Source: Octopus vulgaris
Lineage: Eukaryota
DNA: 64,000 bases
Direction of reading: 5' to 3'
Assembly (NCBI GenBank): GCA_951406725.2
Contig: OX597819.1
Span: 47,616,001 to 47,680,000, forward strand
The notes under the pieces are model-generated. The model was given only the letters and a program-made list of their open reading frames with translations. It had not been told where the DNA came from and made no database searches. The first letter of the stretch is position 1. Every line of letters starts with the position of its first letter. The position numbers and the translations under genes were made by a program. Of the stretch, positions 42,167 to 55,372 are shown piece by piece.

Positions 42167-43767
42167 CTGTAAAAGATATTTAGTTATTCAATGATCCTTC
42201 ATAACCTAATAAAATGAAATCTGTTTTTATGTAATACACAGAACATATATCAAGTATAATGATAAGCTTTTAACAAGCCTGGGCTTAAAAATGGTCATGC
42301 TTATTTCTTTGTGTTTACCTTGCTAATGTAATTATATCATGGAAGAGTTATTTTAGCCATCAAAAAGCAGACAAAATGTGTCAGACTTGCTTAGAAGAGG
42401 TGGTGAGTGACTGAGACAAGTAAAAGCTAAAAAAAGATTCCACTCCTCTATGAAATTGGGACCCCTTTTTCTATATAAGAAATTAGCAGCAGAGACACCA
42501 ATGTAAATATTAATGACTTGCAGGGATGCGGTATTTAGTTATGCAACCATAATATACTTGTAGTGGGCTGGATAAAAGATGTGATAGCAGGTTAATATGA
42601 AGTAGTTCACAACTAAATGTAGCATGTAGATGTAATGCTTTAAGGTTCTCGCGTCGGAGTACCAGTAAACATCAAAGAATCAACACCAAGAAGGAAGAAA
42701 TATTATTTACATATATTTATTTGTTTGCCCAACAGGTAGTTAAAGTAACAGTAGTAATTCTAGTGATAGTGACAACAAGGATGGCTCGCTTGATAGTAGT
42801 TGATAGTGTAGAAAAAGGTTGTCTGTCAGTAGAGAGTGAAAGAGTAAGGAATGCACGGTACTGACTAGAAAGGAAGAAAGGATAGAGATGGCATTGTCTT
42901 TCATGTGGACGAGGAAAGTGCTGCTCTTGATCATGGCTAATGCAAAAGAGGGTGTTTCTCCTTGGTCTGACTGACACAAAAGAGGAAGAGATAGGAAGTG
43001 TTCTCTGTTATGAAGACTATGGTCAGTAATGTAGGTCAAACCCTAAACAAAGGACTGACCTTTCCTTGACCAGCACAGGTCCTAGTGTTTCCTCATCAAT
43101 CATCTAGTGTGGAGAGGATCCCCCCCACACACACACACTTGTTTTGACAAGCAACAAGCAGGTAGATTTGGTTTCAAACCTCAGGCATGGTCAAGCTAGA
43201 TCCCTACATGCTGTAACGTACATTAAACATTTTTATAAGTCAATACCATGTTCTACTGCGTTAGCAGTGCACTTTACACCACTTGTTAAGGTTATAGATA
43301 TTCTATAGAAAAAGAGTATCAGATTTACTAAAGCACTGATGCTTGTTATGATGTTTCATATCTGACGTCTTGGATAAGAAACATTGCAACAAAAATCTGT
43401 GCTGGCTATAATTTCTATAGAATATTTGTAGTGAAAACCTTAACCAGTGTAAATATGTAATTTATTCAATTTCCTACAAGAACCATTTCATTTTCAATGC
43501 AAATATCTTTGAGTTAAAACATGAATACCACAACTTCTTGGTAGCACTCTCAAACAAATGAGACTCCATATTTTTAGTCAATATAAAGGAATAACAGTGC
43601 TTTACATGGACACAAAAACAGAGATATCAATAAGATGCTGTGACACCTTTCCCTTGAACATTAGCAGTAGGAGCCAGTGAGGGAATCTCTATATAGTTGC
43701 ATAACTTGCTAGAAATAGCAGCCAACTTGTACAATAATAAAAGAGCATAAGAATCTTTGATACTCAC

Positions 43768-43834
43768 TGGCAAAAGATTTACAGAAAATATCCATGAAGT
43801 TTTCAGGAACTGTATCAAAACACACTGGGCATCT
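43768..43834 (-). CDS. A2M/TEP-family gene exon: RCPVCFDTVPENFMDIFCKSFA
   Basis: ttctttcAG ... GTGAGT, 67 nt, phase 0-1. CPxC...FCxS resembles an NTR N-terminus. Confidence 0.8.
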
Positions 43835-44344
43835 CTGAAAGAAAGGAAAGACAAATAATTTATGAGAACTACTTCTTTTTTTTAATGAGGAACTTTATAC
43901 ATAAGTTTCAGAATTGGCAAACTTTTAGATCAGTTCAAATATTTTGGAGACATGTTTGACCTATAAAAAGGCCATTTTCTCAGTGTTTTCCTTGGAGAAA
44001 ATTCTCACTTTAGGTAAAAGGTGAACTCCAACAGTCATTTCAGAGAATCCCTTGGGGAGCAATGAATGCATTTTGAAATCCTTTGCTATTGTCAACACTG
44101 GATATCAAGCAGGACAACCCAAGAATAACTGATTAAATCAAATATTGAAACTGAAGCAATTACATCATAGTCAAATCATTTTAGCCATTTAAAAAAAAAC
44201 ACACAAGCATTTATGCATTTATTTGGGTTTATTTCTAAAGAATATTGTCAAAAATTTTTGTTTCGCTTCTTTCTTTCCTTTTTTAATTTTTTTTGCTTTT
44301 TACTTGATGAATCTATCACAAAAAATTGTGCTATGGCCTTTGCA

Positions 44345-44620
44345 GCCCGTCTTAGACTGATTTTATGGCATTAATGTTCCTCTTGAACTTTTGTCAGTCA
44401 ATGCTTGCATGAAAGACATACACAGGGAGAGAATTCCAGAGAGCCAATATTCTTGGAAGGAAGGAGTGAGCATCATGATTAGTGTAGGGCCTGAGGTGAG
44501 GTTGGATACAATGAGGAGGATGAAAGGAGGAGGGTGCCTGAGTGGAAGTGACATGAACCCAGCCAGCACTGAGCAGCAGAAACCACGAGAAGAGACAATA
44601 CATATATGGACCTGATGTTA
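44345..44620 (-). mobile_element. CR1/L2/Jockey-type LINE 3' fragment
   Basis: HSFLPRILALWNSLP is the conserved C-terminal SFxPRxxxxWNSLP motif. Confidence 0.7.
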
Positions 44621-45518
44621 GAGTATGTCTAACTAACACAAAAGTATAATGATTTCAAATTTTAATACCAGGCCACAAGTTCAAGGGAGTGGGGAAATTG
44701 ATTACATCAATCCCAATGTTCAACTGGTACTTATTCTATAGAACCTGAAGGGTGAAAGGCAAAATCAACCTTGGTGGAATTTGAACTCAGAATGTAAAGA
44801 TACCACTAAGCATTTGCCTGGCATGCTAATGATTCTGCCAGCTTGCTGCCTTTGACACAGAGATACAATGAAACTGTACTGAGGCCAAAAGAACAAGTAA
44901 CGTTTTTGAGGATACTATGGAGAAATCAACAAACATGAACTCAGTGGTTTTTGTACTCATGAACGGCTAAAACAACTTACCCATAATGTAATTGTTTGTA
45001 TAAAAAATATTACATCAAATTTCTGTTTTTCTTTGAGGCAAAGGAGAAATTACTTTTGTAAGTTAGGAGGTCCTCAAAGATGGAGTTTATTCCAATTTTT
45101 GCTAAGAGGAATATAGATCCTCTTGAATAGGATACTAAACTAAGGAACTGCTTTGTTAAGATTTTAAGTCAAGGCCATGATTATCAAATTACTTTATTAA
45201 ACATGTACTCAATCTAATGCTCTTTCTTTAATAAATCAAGCACTCTTTGTTATCTAATACTTCTCACTTTAGTAAATCTGATACTCTTTTACATGAATTC
45301 TGGAAAGAATGGACACAAAGAGGATATATGTAGAAGTTATGAAGTTCGGACTGGAAACCCATTATGACCTTCATAAAAATAAATATCAATCCAAAGGTTC
45401 ATACATAACATTACGTCAATTTAACTAACACAAAGGTTCTTCTATGTGGTTTTACTGACCTGCTAGAAATAGCAACAAGATTTCCCTGAAATTATAGTAT
45501 ACTACTTTTAAAAAAAGT

Positions 45519-45835
45519 GGAGGCACATGGCCTAGTGGCTAGAGCAGCGGACTCACGGTCGCAGGATTGTGGGTTCGAATCTCTGACCGGACGATGTGTG
45601 TGTTTATGAGCGAAACACCTAAGCTCCACGTGACTCCGGCAGAAGGTAATGGTGAACTTCTGTTGACTCTTTTGCCACAACTTTCTCTCACTCTTTCCTC
45701 CTGCATCTTGCAGATCACCTGCGACAGACCGACGTCCCATCCAGTTTGGCAACCTATATGCCAAGGAAACCGGAAACCGACCCTATGAGCCAGGCATGGC
45801 TCGAGAAGGAATAAACAACAACAACAACAACAACC
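45519..45835 (+). mobile_element. tRNA-derived SINE (family E) with a (CAA)n tail
   Basis: Box A TGGCCTAGTGG, box B GGTTCGAATC, a non-tRNA body, a (CAA)n tail, and flanking ttaaaa repeats. Confidence 0.8.
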
Positions 45836-46941
45836 TTAAAAAGAGAACACAACAATATTGTCCTTTATGCATTATGTCTACAATAAAAACAGGATAGCCA
45901 TGGCTGAAACACCTTTCATCATAGGTCAGTTCAATCAGAATTTACCTGGAACTAAACAACTAAAATACCAACAATAACAGCAAGTAAATAGATAATTAAA
46001 TTAATCATGAATTTGAGTTTAAACGAGCTACAAATCTATTTTTTTATTTTTTTTGGTTCTGGACCTAAAATTTTATTCCAATGGATTGTCTGGTAAATTT
46101 GATTATTCATTTATTTATTTTCTATTTATTTTAATCCTTTCTAACAATGTTATTTGAATTAACACAAAAAAGAATATTTTTATTGTGGTGTTTTATGGCT
46201 TTTTGTAGCTCTCTTCTTCCTCAACAACTTTTATTTATCAATTTCAACCGTGTTTTGTGGTCTGCTACCACAACAGCTCCTTTATAGGATCCAGTTAACT
46301 CAAGACATCATCAGGAGGAACCACATCCGGTTTCGGTTCCTACTCCTCTACCGTTTTGACGTAGCGGGGCCCCCTCTTTCGGAGGTGTCTTCAGCTCTGG
46401 TGTTGGGTGCATGTCTTCTTTCTTCTGTTCCCTGGCCTCTTCGATGTAGCATCAACGAGTGTCAACAGGCAACTGACTGTCTTGTCAAATTTTTCCCTTT
46501 AAATACCTGCTGCTAGGCTCCAGAAGGCAGCCCCTGCAAGTTGTCATGTGACACTGTCTCAACTTTAACTGACTAATGAAGGCACGTAGTCTTAGCCCAC
46601 GCATTCTCTAAACAAGACCGTCACCTGTCAATCAGCAAAGCTAATTCAGTGTCAGCTTGTCTCACCTAGTGATGTTAACACTTTTTACACATATGACAAT
46701 GGAGTGCCAAATAGAAAAAAAAACTGAAAAAATGTAACTGACAGCTTAAAACATTGCCTTGTTTCACACAGTTGTTAAGAACAGGTAACAGATTTACAAG
46801 GAAGATTGATGCATGCTTCTTATCATGGAAGATCGAGTAATTAACTCTTCACTGCACTAGGTTAAGGGGTGGGGGTGGCATTACATTGACATTTTTATTT
46901 TTAATCAAATTTCTTTTAAAAATTGGGTAACATTTTTTTAC

Positions 46942-46967
46942 CTTCTGTATTTCTTCAGTTGAATTTT
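46942..46967 (-). CDS. A2M/TEP-family gene candidate micro-exon: (E/K)NSTEEIQK
   Basis: ttttttttacaatttcataaacAG ... AAG|GTAAAA, 26 nt, phase 1-0. It supplies the phase change needed between 49535 and 43834. Confidence 0.5.
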
Positions 46968-47180
46968 CTGTTTATGAAATTGTAAAAAAAAGAGGAAAAA
47001 AGAGAAAAATTAATTAATCATCATTATAATTCTAGTTACTGACATCACTGTTATCATCAATATGAACATCATCATTAATACTTTTACACCTTCAGATACT
47101 TGATTAAGCTTCCATATTCAGACCTTTAGCTGTAACTCTTCAATAGATTATGGTATGAAAGGAAGCTCCTGTCCTAAACA

Positions 47181-47530
47181 CAATCAGTTTACTCAATTTT
47201 TATTCAAAGATTTCTAAAATAATGATATAGAATATTTCTTTGCATAATATAATAGCAAAGTAAAAAAAGAAAAGAAAAGAGAAAGCTATATACTATAGAG
47301 TGAAAAATCAAGAAATATTTCATATGTGATGGTTACTAAGTGATGATCTAGAATTAACATCACGATATAGGCGCAGGAGTGGCAGTGTGGCAAGTAGCTT
47401 GCTTACCAACCACATGGTCCCAGGTTCAGTGGCATCTTGGGCAAGTGTCTTCTACTATAGCCTTGGGCCGACCAAAGCCTTGTGAGTGGATTTGGTAGAT
47501 GGAAACTGGAAGAAGCCCATCGTATATGTG

Positions 47531-47576
<46 letters not shown>

Positions 47577-47917
47577 TGTATGTATGTATGTATGTATGTA
47601 TGTATGTGTGTGTATATGTTTGTGCGTCTGTTTGTTCCCCAGCATCACTTGACAACTGATGCTGGTGTGTTTACGTCCCCGTAACTTAGCAGTTTGGCAA
47701 AAGAGACCGATAAAATAAGTACCAAGCTTACAAAGAATAAGCTCTGGGGTCAATTTGCTCGACTATAAAGGCGGTGCTCCAGCATGGCTGCAGTCAAATG
47801 ACTGAAACAAGTAAAAGAGTAAAGAGTAAAAGAGTATATCTTATCTAACTGGCATGTATTGCTAACCTATGAATATTTTAACTAAAATGAATTAAAGAAT
47901 CTTTATATAGTAGTATT
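47181..47917 (-). pseudogene. Intronic copy of the gene's own 3'-UTR end (39693-39950), split by a SINE A at 47370-47835
   Basis: Collinear similarity from caatcagtttactca.tttttattcaaagatttctaaaataatg to aatctttatatagtagtatt. Flanking direct repeats gtatgaaaggaag...ctcct..ctaaa.ac. Confidence 0.75.
47370..47835 (+). mobile_element. SINE family A, full length
   Basis: ggcgcaggagtggcagtgtgg ... aaaagagt. The empty-site homolog is at about 39870. Confidence 0.9.
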
Positions 47918-49534
47918 CTAGTATGAAAGGAAGTTATGAAACGAAGCTCCTAATCTAAATACTTGTATTATATAACAGCAAAGGGTTTTCATGGATAAGA
48001 AGTGTTGAAGACAGAGTATTAGTGAAGCCCTACCTGTGCTCTAAACTTGTCACTCAACTTATTACCAGCTGTAACTGTGCACAGATCTTGCTAATTCTTC
48101 ATTGATATTAAACAGTGAGAATTACGAAAATTAGACTACAGGCAATATATAAGATCTGAAGAAGCTGGTCCGTGGTTTCCTCATATCAATCTTATATATT
48201 GTCTATGAGTTTCATATCAAATAGCCTATATCACCAAGACTTCAGAACAAAATCTCTTTTCCACGAAATACAAGGAACTAACCCATTGCAATCAATAATC
48301 AATAACACAGGATGTTCAAATGTTAAACTCACAGACACACTTTAGGATGGATGGAATTGAACTGTCAATTCTTTTATTATACTGAAAAGACTCAGTTAGC
48401 TATGAGTAAATTGATAGATACATACATGCAAAAACCAGAGAAACTTCAATACTTGGGTGCTTATGTCTGATACTCTCCTTACTCACTCTTTAGTAGTGTG
48501 TTTGTGTGTGTATGTACACACATACGTACGTACGTACGTACGTACATACATACATACATACATACATACATACATACATACATACATACATACATACATA
48601 AATATAAATGCTTATGCATGATAGTTAACCAAATAAAGATGGTTGACCAGGTATTTAGTAGCTATCTTCTGTTCATGGATAGTGAAGGAATGTCCTTTTA
48701 GGTAGGATGTAACGCATTTATCACAGGCCTAGGAGAGGCTACTCTTCCTGTCAATGCTGTTGTTTCTTCTAACATTGCTTTTTGCCAGTATGATGCCTGC
48801 TTCTCCCCCAAACTTCTGTTTAGGTAGGCCAGTTCAGCCACCTTTTATCTTTTTCCCTCTCTCAAGATGGCTAATCCGCTAATATATGGAAGGCTTATCT
48901 TTGTTGGCTTAGAAATGCATCAAAGGCACATCTATTTTATAAATAGGTGTAAGAGACTATTTCACGCCTTCTAACTCCTTTATTTCTACGATACACTCAA
49001 TTCTAACAACTTTGTTGTAACAGCTCTGCAATTATGTTTAACTATATAAACTCCATGTTCTTAATTGATACCAATTGTTTGCCTGTTCATTCTTTCTTTC
49101 TACTGTACATATCATCATCATCATTTATTATCCATTGTCCATGATGGTATGGGTTTGACGGTTTGACCAAAGCTAGCAAGCTGACGAGCTGCAGCAGTTC
49201 CAATCAAATGTGGATTGGCTTCTACAGCTGGATGCCCTTCATAATGCCTTACATATATGCACACACATACATACACACACACACACACATATTTGACATG
49301 AAATCTCAAGAGGGAAGGAAAAAGGAGAAAGAGGGGAAACATTCAAACATACACTCTTACAAAGTCCTATAGAAACATTGATAGAAAAAGGAAGGTGAAT
49401 AAAATAAAGAGAAAGTACAAAGACCTTTTACACAAGAAAATTCTTATAAAATTGACAAAAAAGTATTTCAAGAGAATACTCTTTCAATATTCTCATAAAC
49501 CTACTTTCATGGCCACTGGTTGGTTTATCCTTAC

Positions 49535-49576
49535 CACATCTTGTTGTCAGGTTAAATACATAAGCAGTACGAATTT
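49535..49576 (-). CDS. A2M/TEP-family gene exon: (Q)IRTAYVFNLTTRC
   Basis: tttcttgtAG ... TG|GTAAGG, 42 nt, phase 1-1. An alternative in-phase donor GTAGGT at 49504 would add GKDKPTSGHE. Confidence 0.7.
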
Positions 49577-49859
49577 CTACAAGAAATAAAAAACAAAATT
49601 TTAATTAATTTTCTAATTCATTTTACAAATAAATAAAATATTAGATATGTGCACATACAAACTCACAAACACAACTACATATCCAGTATAACATGGATGT
49701 ATGAATGTATATGTGTATACAAATAGTTTACTTCCAAGTTGGTACAGTCTGAATCTCTCCAAAATTTGCCAATTGATACTGTGTATTCCTAAGCCCTTTT
49801 AATTTCTAAATGTAGTTACCCAATTTTATTGCTTTTCATCAGTGTGTTTAAAAGGGATG

Positions 49860-50060
49860 TATAACCATCAAATCTTTATTTAAATTTTCCTATCATGTTT
49901 TCAAGCAACTATAGCTGATTTTAATGTTATGTCTGTTAAACATATTTTTATATCTATAGCAAGGAAGGAACTTTTTATTTGTAAGAGTTAGGAAGTCTCT
50001 TGCCATAATAGATTTTACATTGAATGAAAACATGTATGTAAACCATATACATTGGTTTAT
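49860..50060 (-). mobile_element. Penelope-like element ORF fragment
   Basis: RYKNMFNRHNIKISYSCL resembles the Penelope post-RT motif KIFNRNTVKISYSC. Confidence 0.6.
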
Positions 50061-50329
50061 AACACTTCCTTCTTCTCCCTGAATCACTATGTGAATTAAG
50101 TGTATATTCTATTTTGGTAGATATTTTCAGTATCTCAGTGACCATCCCTGAAGACCCAGCTACTTTTCTTACCTTCATATTAAAAATCCTACACATTCAA
50201 AAATTACATCTCACTATCATGTAAAGTATTCATCATGGTGCTATGCAACATATCTATAAAAAAGCTGAAGCACTACTGAAATCATCAGCCAAGATAATAA
50301 TGTTGCTATCATTTGTTATCAAGGTGATT

Positions 50330-50680
50330 TACAGAAAAGCCTCATCAAAACAGTCATCAATGAGTCCTGATTGTGGATCATAAGCAGGGATAACAGTTGT
50401 CACTGTTTGGCCTACAACTACTGGCCTAGCCTAAGTGTAATGATTCTCACTACTTCAATTATATTATTTATCCAACTGTCTGCCACCAGTATCCCTGTTT
50501 CATCTAAACCAGCAATGTTACCTACCCAGAAAAATTTGTACTTGTGTTCTTTGCTTGTGAAGAGTCTGGTTGAAGTTCTGCTCCATCTCATCCCACAACA
50601 CACATCTACTTGCCTCCACTCTAGCATCTCAGTAATCTGACCCGATCTACTTTACATTGTACCAACATTGATAGTCATGT
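50330..50680 (-). mobile_element. RTE LINE AP-endonuclease fragment
   Basis: RQVDVCCG(M)RW...KYKFFWVGNIAGLDETGILVADSWINNIIEVVRI is a typical RTE endonuclease N-terminus. Confidence 0.75.
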
Positions 50681-51269
50681 ATCTGAGTTTCTAGTGCCGG
50701 ATGGGTTAATGATTGATGTCAGTTCTCAAAAGAAGTAATTGCTTGATGGCAGTCACGATCTCATGCATGGTCAGATACTTTTGCCTAACTACCTCTCACA
50801 GCACTAACATGGTAAGTGCTAGTATTATGTACACAGATTGTATCAATATATTGGAATAGTTCATGATATTTATATTCTTTTTTTTTACAAGGTAGATGCC
50901 TTCTCTAATACCAAACACTTTAAAGCATAAACTAGACATATTTTATTGTATTACCAGCCCTGGAGGGGGGTTGTCTGCCACGACTAAAACATCTCCTCTA
51001 CACCATGTCAGTTTTTATTCAGAATTCCTTCTCTCCAAGATGAGCTTCCTTCACTGCAGCTTGCAGAGTATACATCTTTGACATGTAGGCTTTTGATCTC
51101 AGCCTACAATGCTGAAGTTAAAGTCATATAATGCACACACACACACACATGCATAATTCTGTGTGGAAAGACAGAAACAAGCTTTCAAAATCAAGGAACA
51201 TTTCAAATATAATGACAAAATATGATAGATGTTCAAGAAACAAGTTTCAATGAATAATCCATGACTTAC

Positions 51270-51372
51270 GTTTTTCGTAATAATAATACAGTACAGAGGT
51301 CGCTGGCTTTGTCTCTTCAAGAACTATATTTTGGACAACTTGGAAAGAAAATGTCTCCTCTCTAGTTGGTAG
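51270..51372 (-). CDS. A2M/TEP-family gene exon, end of the receptor-binding (MG8) domain: LPTREETFSFQVVQNIVLEETKPATSVLYYYYEK
   Basis: tttatttgtAG ... GTAAGT, 103 nt, phase 0-1. Matches FxVxQxxxVxxxxPAxVxVYDYY of A2M_recep. Confidence 0.9.
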
Positions 51373-51691
51373 CTACAAATAAATAAAAATTCTATCAAAA
51401 CATACAATAATTTCATTATATATTATTATAAGCTACAACAATCAACCATTTAAGAATTTCTTCCATTTACAATTGTTTTATTTTTACTGTTTTTGCTTTT
51501 AATCCACCCTTATCTGAGTTAAATTACATAATAATACTTACTTCAAAAATTTTATTAAAGCAATACTATGGTGCAGAAATAGTTGTGTAGTTAAGAAGTT
51601 TGCTTCTTGGCCATAATGGTTCTAGCTTTCATTGAACAGCACAGAACCCTGGACAAGAGTCTTCTATTGTAGCAATGGATTGATTAAAGCC

Positions 51692-51742
<51 letters not shown>

Positions 51743-52375
51743 CAAACACATATGACCTGAACAAACCAAGAGAGACATGAATATTCTAGGAGCCTTCTTT
51801 CCAATTTTCCAAAATTTCTCTTCACTCTGACTCTGTACATCGGAGGATGTAGATGTATCCATCTGGCTATGAAACTTTAAGTAATGTGGAACTGAATCAG
51901 CTTGTTATTAGATACTTACAACTCCAACTAATTGTACAAAGGGCTACTTTCTTTCATTAATACACCTAATCAAATGTATGTGTGTGTGTGTATATATATA
52001 TATAAATCATCATTTTAACAGCTTTGTCTATAATACTATTGAACATTTTATGGTATTATATTATTCCTTTATTTTTTCTTATTGGTGCAGCATACTTGAG
52101 AAGGATTCTGAGAATGTACTGGTAAGACCACACAAGCAATGAAGGCATTCTAAAGAGAACCGACATAAGACCACTTAATGACATTATCACAGAATGAAGA
52201 TTAAAACCAGCAGGTCACATACTCCAGGTAACAGAGTAATGCCATTCTAAAACAGCTTTCAAATGGACAGCACTTGAGGGGAAAAGAAAAAGAGAAGGAT
52301 AAAAAACTACATGGCACAGAACATTCACAACTAACAAGAGAGAGGTCAAGAAAATAAGGCTGGTTGCATAGAAAC

Positions 52376-52600
52376 TTAACCCTTTCATTACTGTATTTAT
52401 TTTGAGGTGCTCTGTGTTTCTTTCAATCATTTTAAATATAATAAAGAATTTTGTAAAATAACTTAGTTATCATTAAACTAGTGTTAGGAACATAAATTGT
52501 GACTAAGGCTTGGTGGAATATTTTAATTCAAAACTTATGAAAACAAGGCATTTTACCACTGAGCCAGAGCCGGTTTTGGTCGGGTTAGTAACAAAAGGGA
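52376..52600. mobile_element. piggyBac-like MITE
   Basis: TTAA|CCCTTTCATTACT ... AGTAACAAAAGGG. Confidence 0.6.
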
Positions 52601-53248
52601 AGCCAAGAGAAATCAGTAGCATTAACTTCCTTCACAATGTGCCTGAGAGAATCAAATGAACTGAGACTGAAACTAAGAGCATGGGTATTGTGATGAAAGA
52701 ACCCCATATCTTGACTGACTAACAAAGGCTCCATTGAAGCATTTCATATTCATGTAGTGTTGCAAAAACTAGTCACCTTAGCAAAGATCACTCTTCTCCA
52801 AGTTATACTTTCTGGGGAAAACTTAGCACCAAAAGCTAATAAGAATTCATGAAATTTATTCTTCTGACTTTGCCTACTTTAGTGAGATGACCAACTTACA
52901 TTTAGAGGATTTTAGCTTTTATGAGAGTTATGTGTCCCAGATATGAACTAAAGCTAATGCTGTGATGACTCAATACATCATATCCTTATCAACTCAACTA
53001 CCTACATACTGCAGCATGATTAACATAGCCCTAAATTTTGCCATTTATTTACTGTGAGTCAACCAACTCTGTATCTGCTTTGAACATATACATTTAATTC
53101 TTTGCATGCAGTTAAATTTGATCTGTATACATGAGTTTGCCCATACGATCAGCTTAACAGAAACAACATTACACAAATGTTACACCCAACTTATGATTTC
53201 CCTTAGCCAGAAAAAAATTGTTGAGTGAAGCCAATTTAAGAAGTATAC

Positions 53249-53329
53249 CTGTTCAAAGTAGATGTTCACTTGAGTATCAGCATCCTGTACTTCAGCTCGT
53301 TTTACTAAGCCATTGGTAGACGATTCCAG
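53249..53329 (-). CDS. A2M/TEP-family gene exon: LESSTNGLVKRAEVQDADTQVNIYFEQ
   Basis: tgtctttctAG ... CAG|GTATAC, 81 nt, phase 0-0. Contains the VKRxE...VxIYF[DE] motif of A2M_recep. Confidence 0.9.
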
Positions 53330-53504
53330 CTAGAAAGACAAAGAAAAAAAGAACAAACTATATTTACAACCTATAATGTTTTGCAAAAGCTAAAGCTAAA
53401 TTTCTAAATCATTAAGAGTGTATATTATGTTTGTGAGTATATGTATTTGAGTGTGTAAATACATATATAATATATGAGTCGTCCTAAAGTCATAAGTCAG
53501 GAAA

Positions 53505-53715
53505 AAGGTGCACTCGTATATCTGTTTTGCACTAGGGATATGATGGCGTGTTAGGTAACAATCCAATTATAATAACCCTACACTCATCAGAGGTAGCCAT
53601 ATTTCATTCCATATCAGCCACCCCTGATGAGTGTAGGATGACATAATCAGTTTGTTACCTAACACTCTGTCATACTCTTAGCGTGAAACCGATTGGTAAG
53701 ATCAGTCGTAATGGA
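53505..53715. repeat. Inverted pair of Penelope-type repeats with hammerhead-like cores
   Basis: gtgttaggtaacaa..cctacactcatcag / ctgatgagtgtagg..ttgttacctaacac. On the plus strand, CUGAUGA (53624) ... GAAAC (53685) ... GUA (53708). Confidence 0.55.
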
Positions 53716-53740
53716 TACAAAATGCTGTACACTTCGGATA

Positions 53741-53773
<33 letters not shown>

Positions 53774-53825
53774 TATACATACATATATATACATACACAC
53801 ATACATATATACATACATAAATATA

Positions 53826-53927
<102 letters not shown>

Positions 53928-54049
53928 AAATCAAAATAAGCAACAAGAATTGATATAATCACCCCATGGATTTATATGGATAACACCATACAAAATTCTG
54001 GTGCATTTAACTTAAGTATCATATTCATTTGAATCTAAATTTTGCTGAA

Positions 54050-54105
<56 letters not shown>

Positions 54106-54537
54106 TATATACATATATATATATAGTATAAAATCATAGAATCAAGGAAAATAGCTATGTTCTGTATAAAACAAATAGTAAAACAAAATGTTCGAACAAC
54201 GAAATAGGTTTTATGTCATGAGTAAGAAGAGAGGTCATGTTTTAGACAAAACCCTTAGCTGAAGAGAGATAAGTTTGTTTATTAGTGAGAGTGGTGAGAA
54301 TGATAAAAATAAATATAAGAGTGAAAAATATGACAAAAGGAAAGAGAGGCGATAAGTGTTAGTGGCAGCAATGGTAGTGGTAGTGGTGGTGGTGGTGGTT
54401 GCGGGGTGGGGGAGAATGTCTATAGTGGGAGTAATGGTCCAAGTGATGAGGAAATCAGGTTTCATCAGTAGATTTGAAAATTGGTGACAGGAGGTAATAA
54501 GACAGAAAAAAATATACATTCATATACATATTAACAT

Positions 54538-54581
<44 letters not shown>

Positions 54582-54955
54582 GGCGTGTGTGTATTGCTTG
54601 GAAGTGGTGGCTTGATAAACCAAATTGCACATTTTGTATGTTTATTTGCTTTTTTTAATTTTTTTTTATTTAGGATGGAAGGTAGAGTATTTGATTATAT
54701 ACAGAACCTCTGAGAATTGGGAGAAAGAGAGGAATGAAAGGATACTCAAATTGAAGACCTGGTCAAAATGCTTGCAACATAGGGGACTCTACAAAAGGTA
54801 CCCAAGGTCCTAGATGATGGTGTTAAGTGACGAATGAATTAAGTTCACAACCGAAGTTGGCCATGGCAGAATTTGAACTCATAATGCAATGTACCACAAC
54901 AAATATTGCAAGGTATCTGCTTACCACCCTTAATTGATATTTTTTCTTTTACCAA

Positions 54956-55372
54956 AGGAGTGGCTGTGTGGTAAGTAGCTTGCTTACGAACCGCATGGTT
55001 CCAGGTTCAGTTCCACTGCGTGGCACCTTGGGCAAGTGTCTTCTACTATAGCCTCGGGCCAACCAAATCCTTATGAATGGATTTGGTAGATGGAAACCGA
55101 AAAAAGCCCGTCGTATATATGTATATATATATATGTATGTATGTGTATGTATATGTATATGTTTGTGTGTCTGTGCTTGTTCCCCAACATCACTTGACAA
55201 CTGATGCTGGTGTGTTTACGTCCCCATAACTTAGCGGTTCGGCAAAAGGGACCGATAGAATAAGTACTAGGCTTACAAAGAATAAGTCCTGAGGTCGATT
55301 TGCTTGACTAAAGGCGGTGCTCCAGCATGGCCACAGTCAAATGACTGAAACAAGTAAAAGAGTAAAAAGAGT
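54956..55372 (+). mobile_element. SINE family A, full length
   Basis: Near-consensus copy. Confidence 0.9.

Noticed and set aside
44981-45030. Alternative phase 1-0 exon candidate (QKQKFDVIFFIQTITLW) for the TEP linker
   Set aside because: It has a GTAAG donor, but the AAG acceptor is weak and the sequence is intron-like; 46942-46967 fits better. Not formally excluded.
45519-45592. tRNA gene
   Set aside because: A and B boxes are present but the acceptor stem is poor, and it runs into a SINE body with a (CAA)n tail.
46210-46560. GC-richer island with short open frames in a TEP intron
   Set aside because: No splice sites giving a compatible open exon and no recognisable family; probably an unclassified repeat fragment.
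48036-48095. Candidate exon DLCTVTAGNKLSDKFRAQ on the minus strand
   Set aside because: No polypyrimidine tract at the required acceptor.
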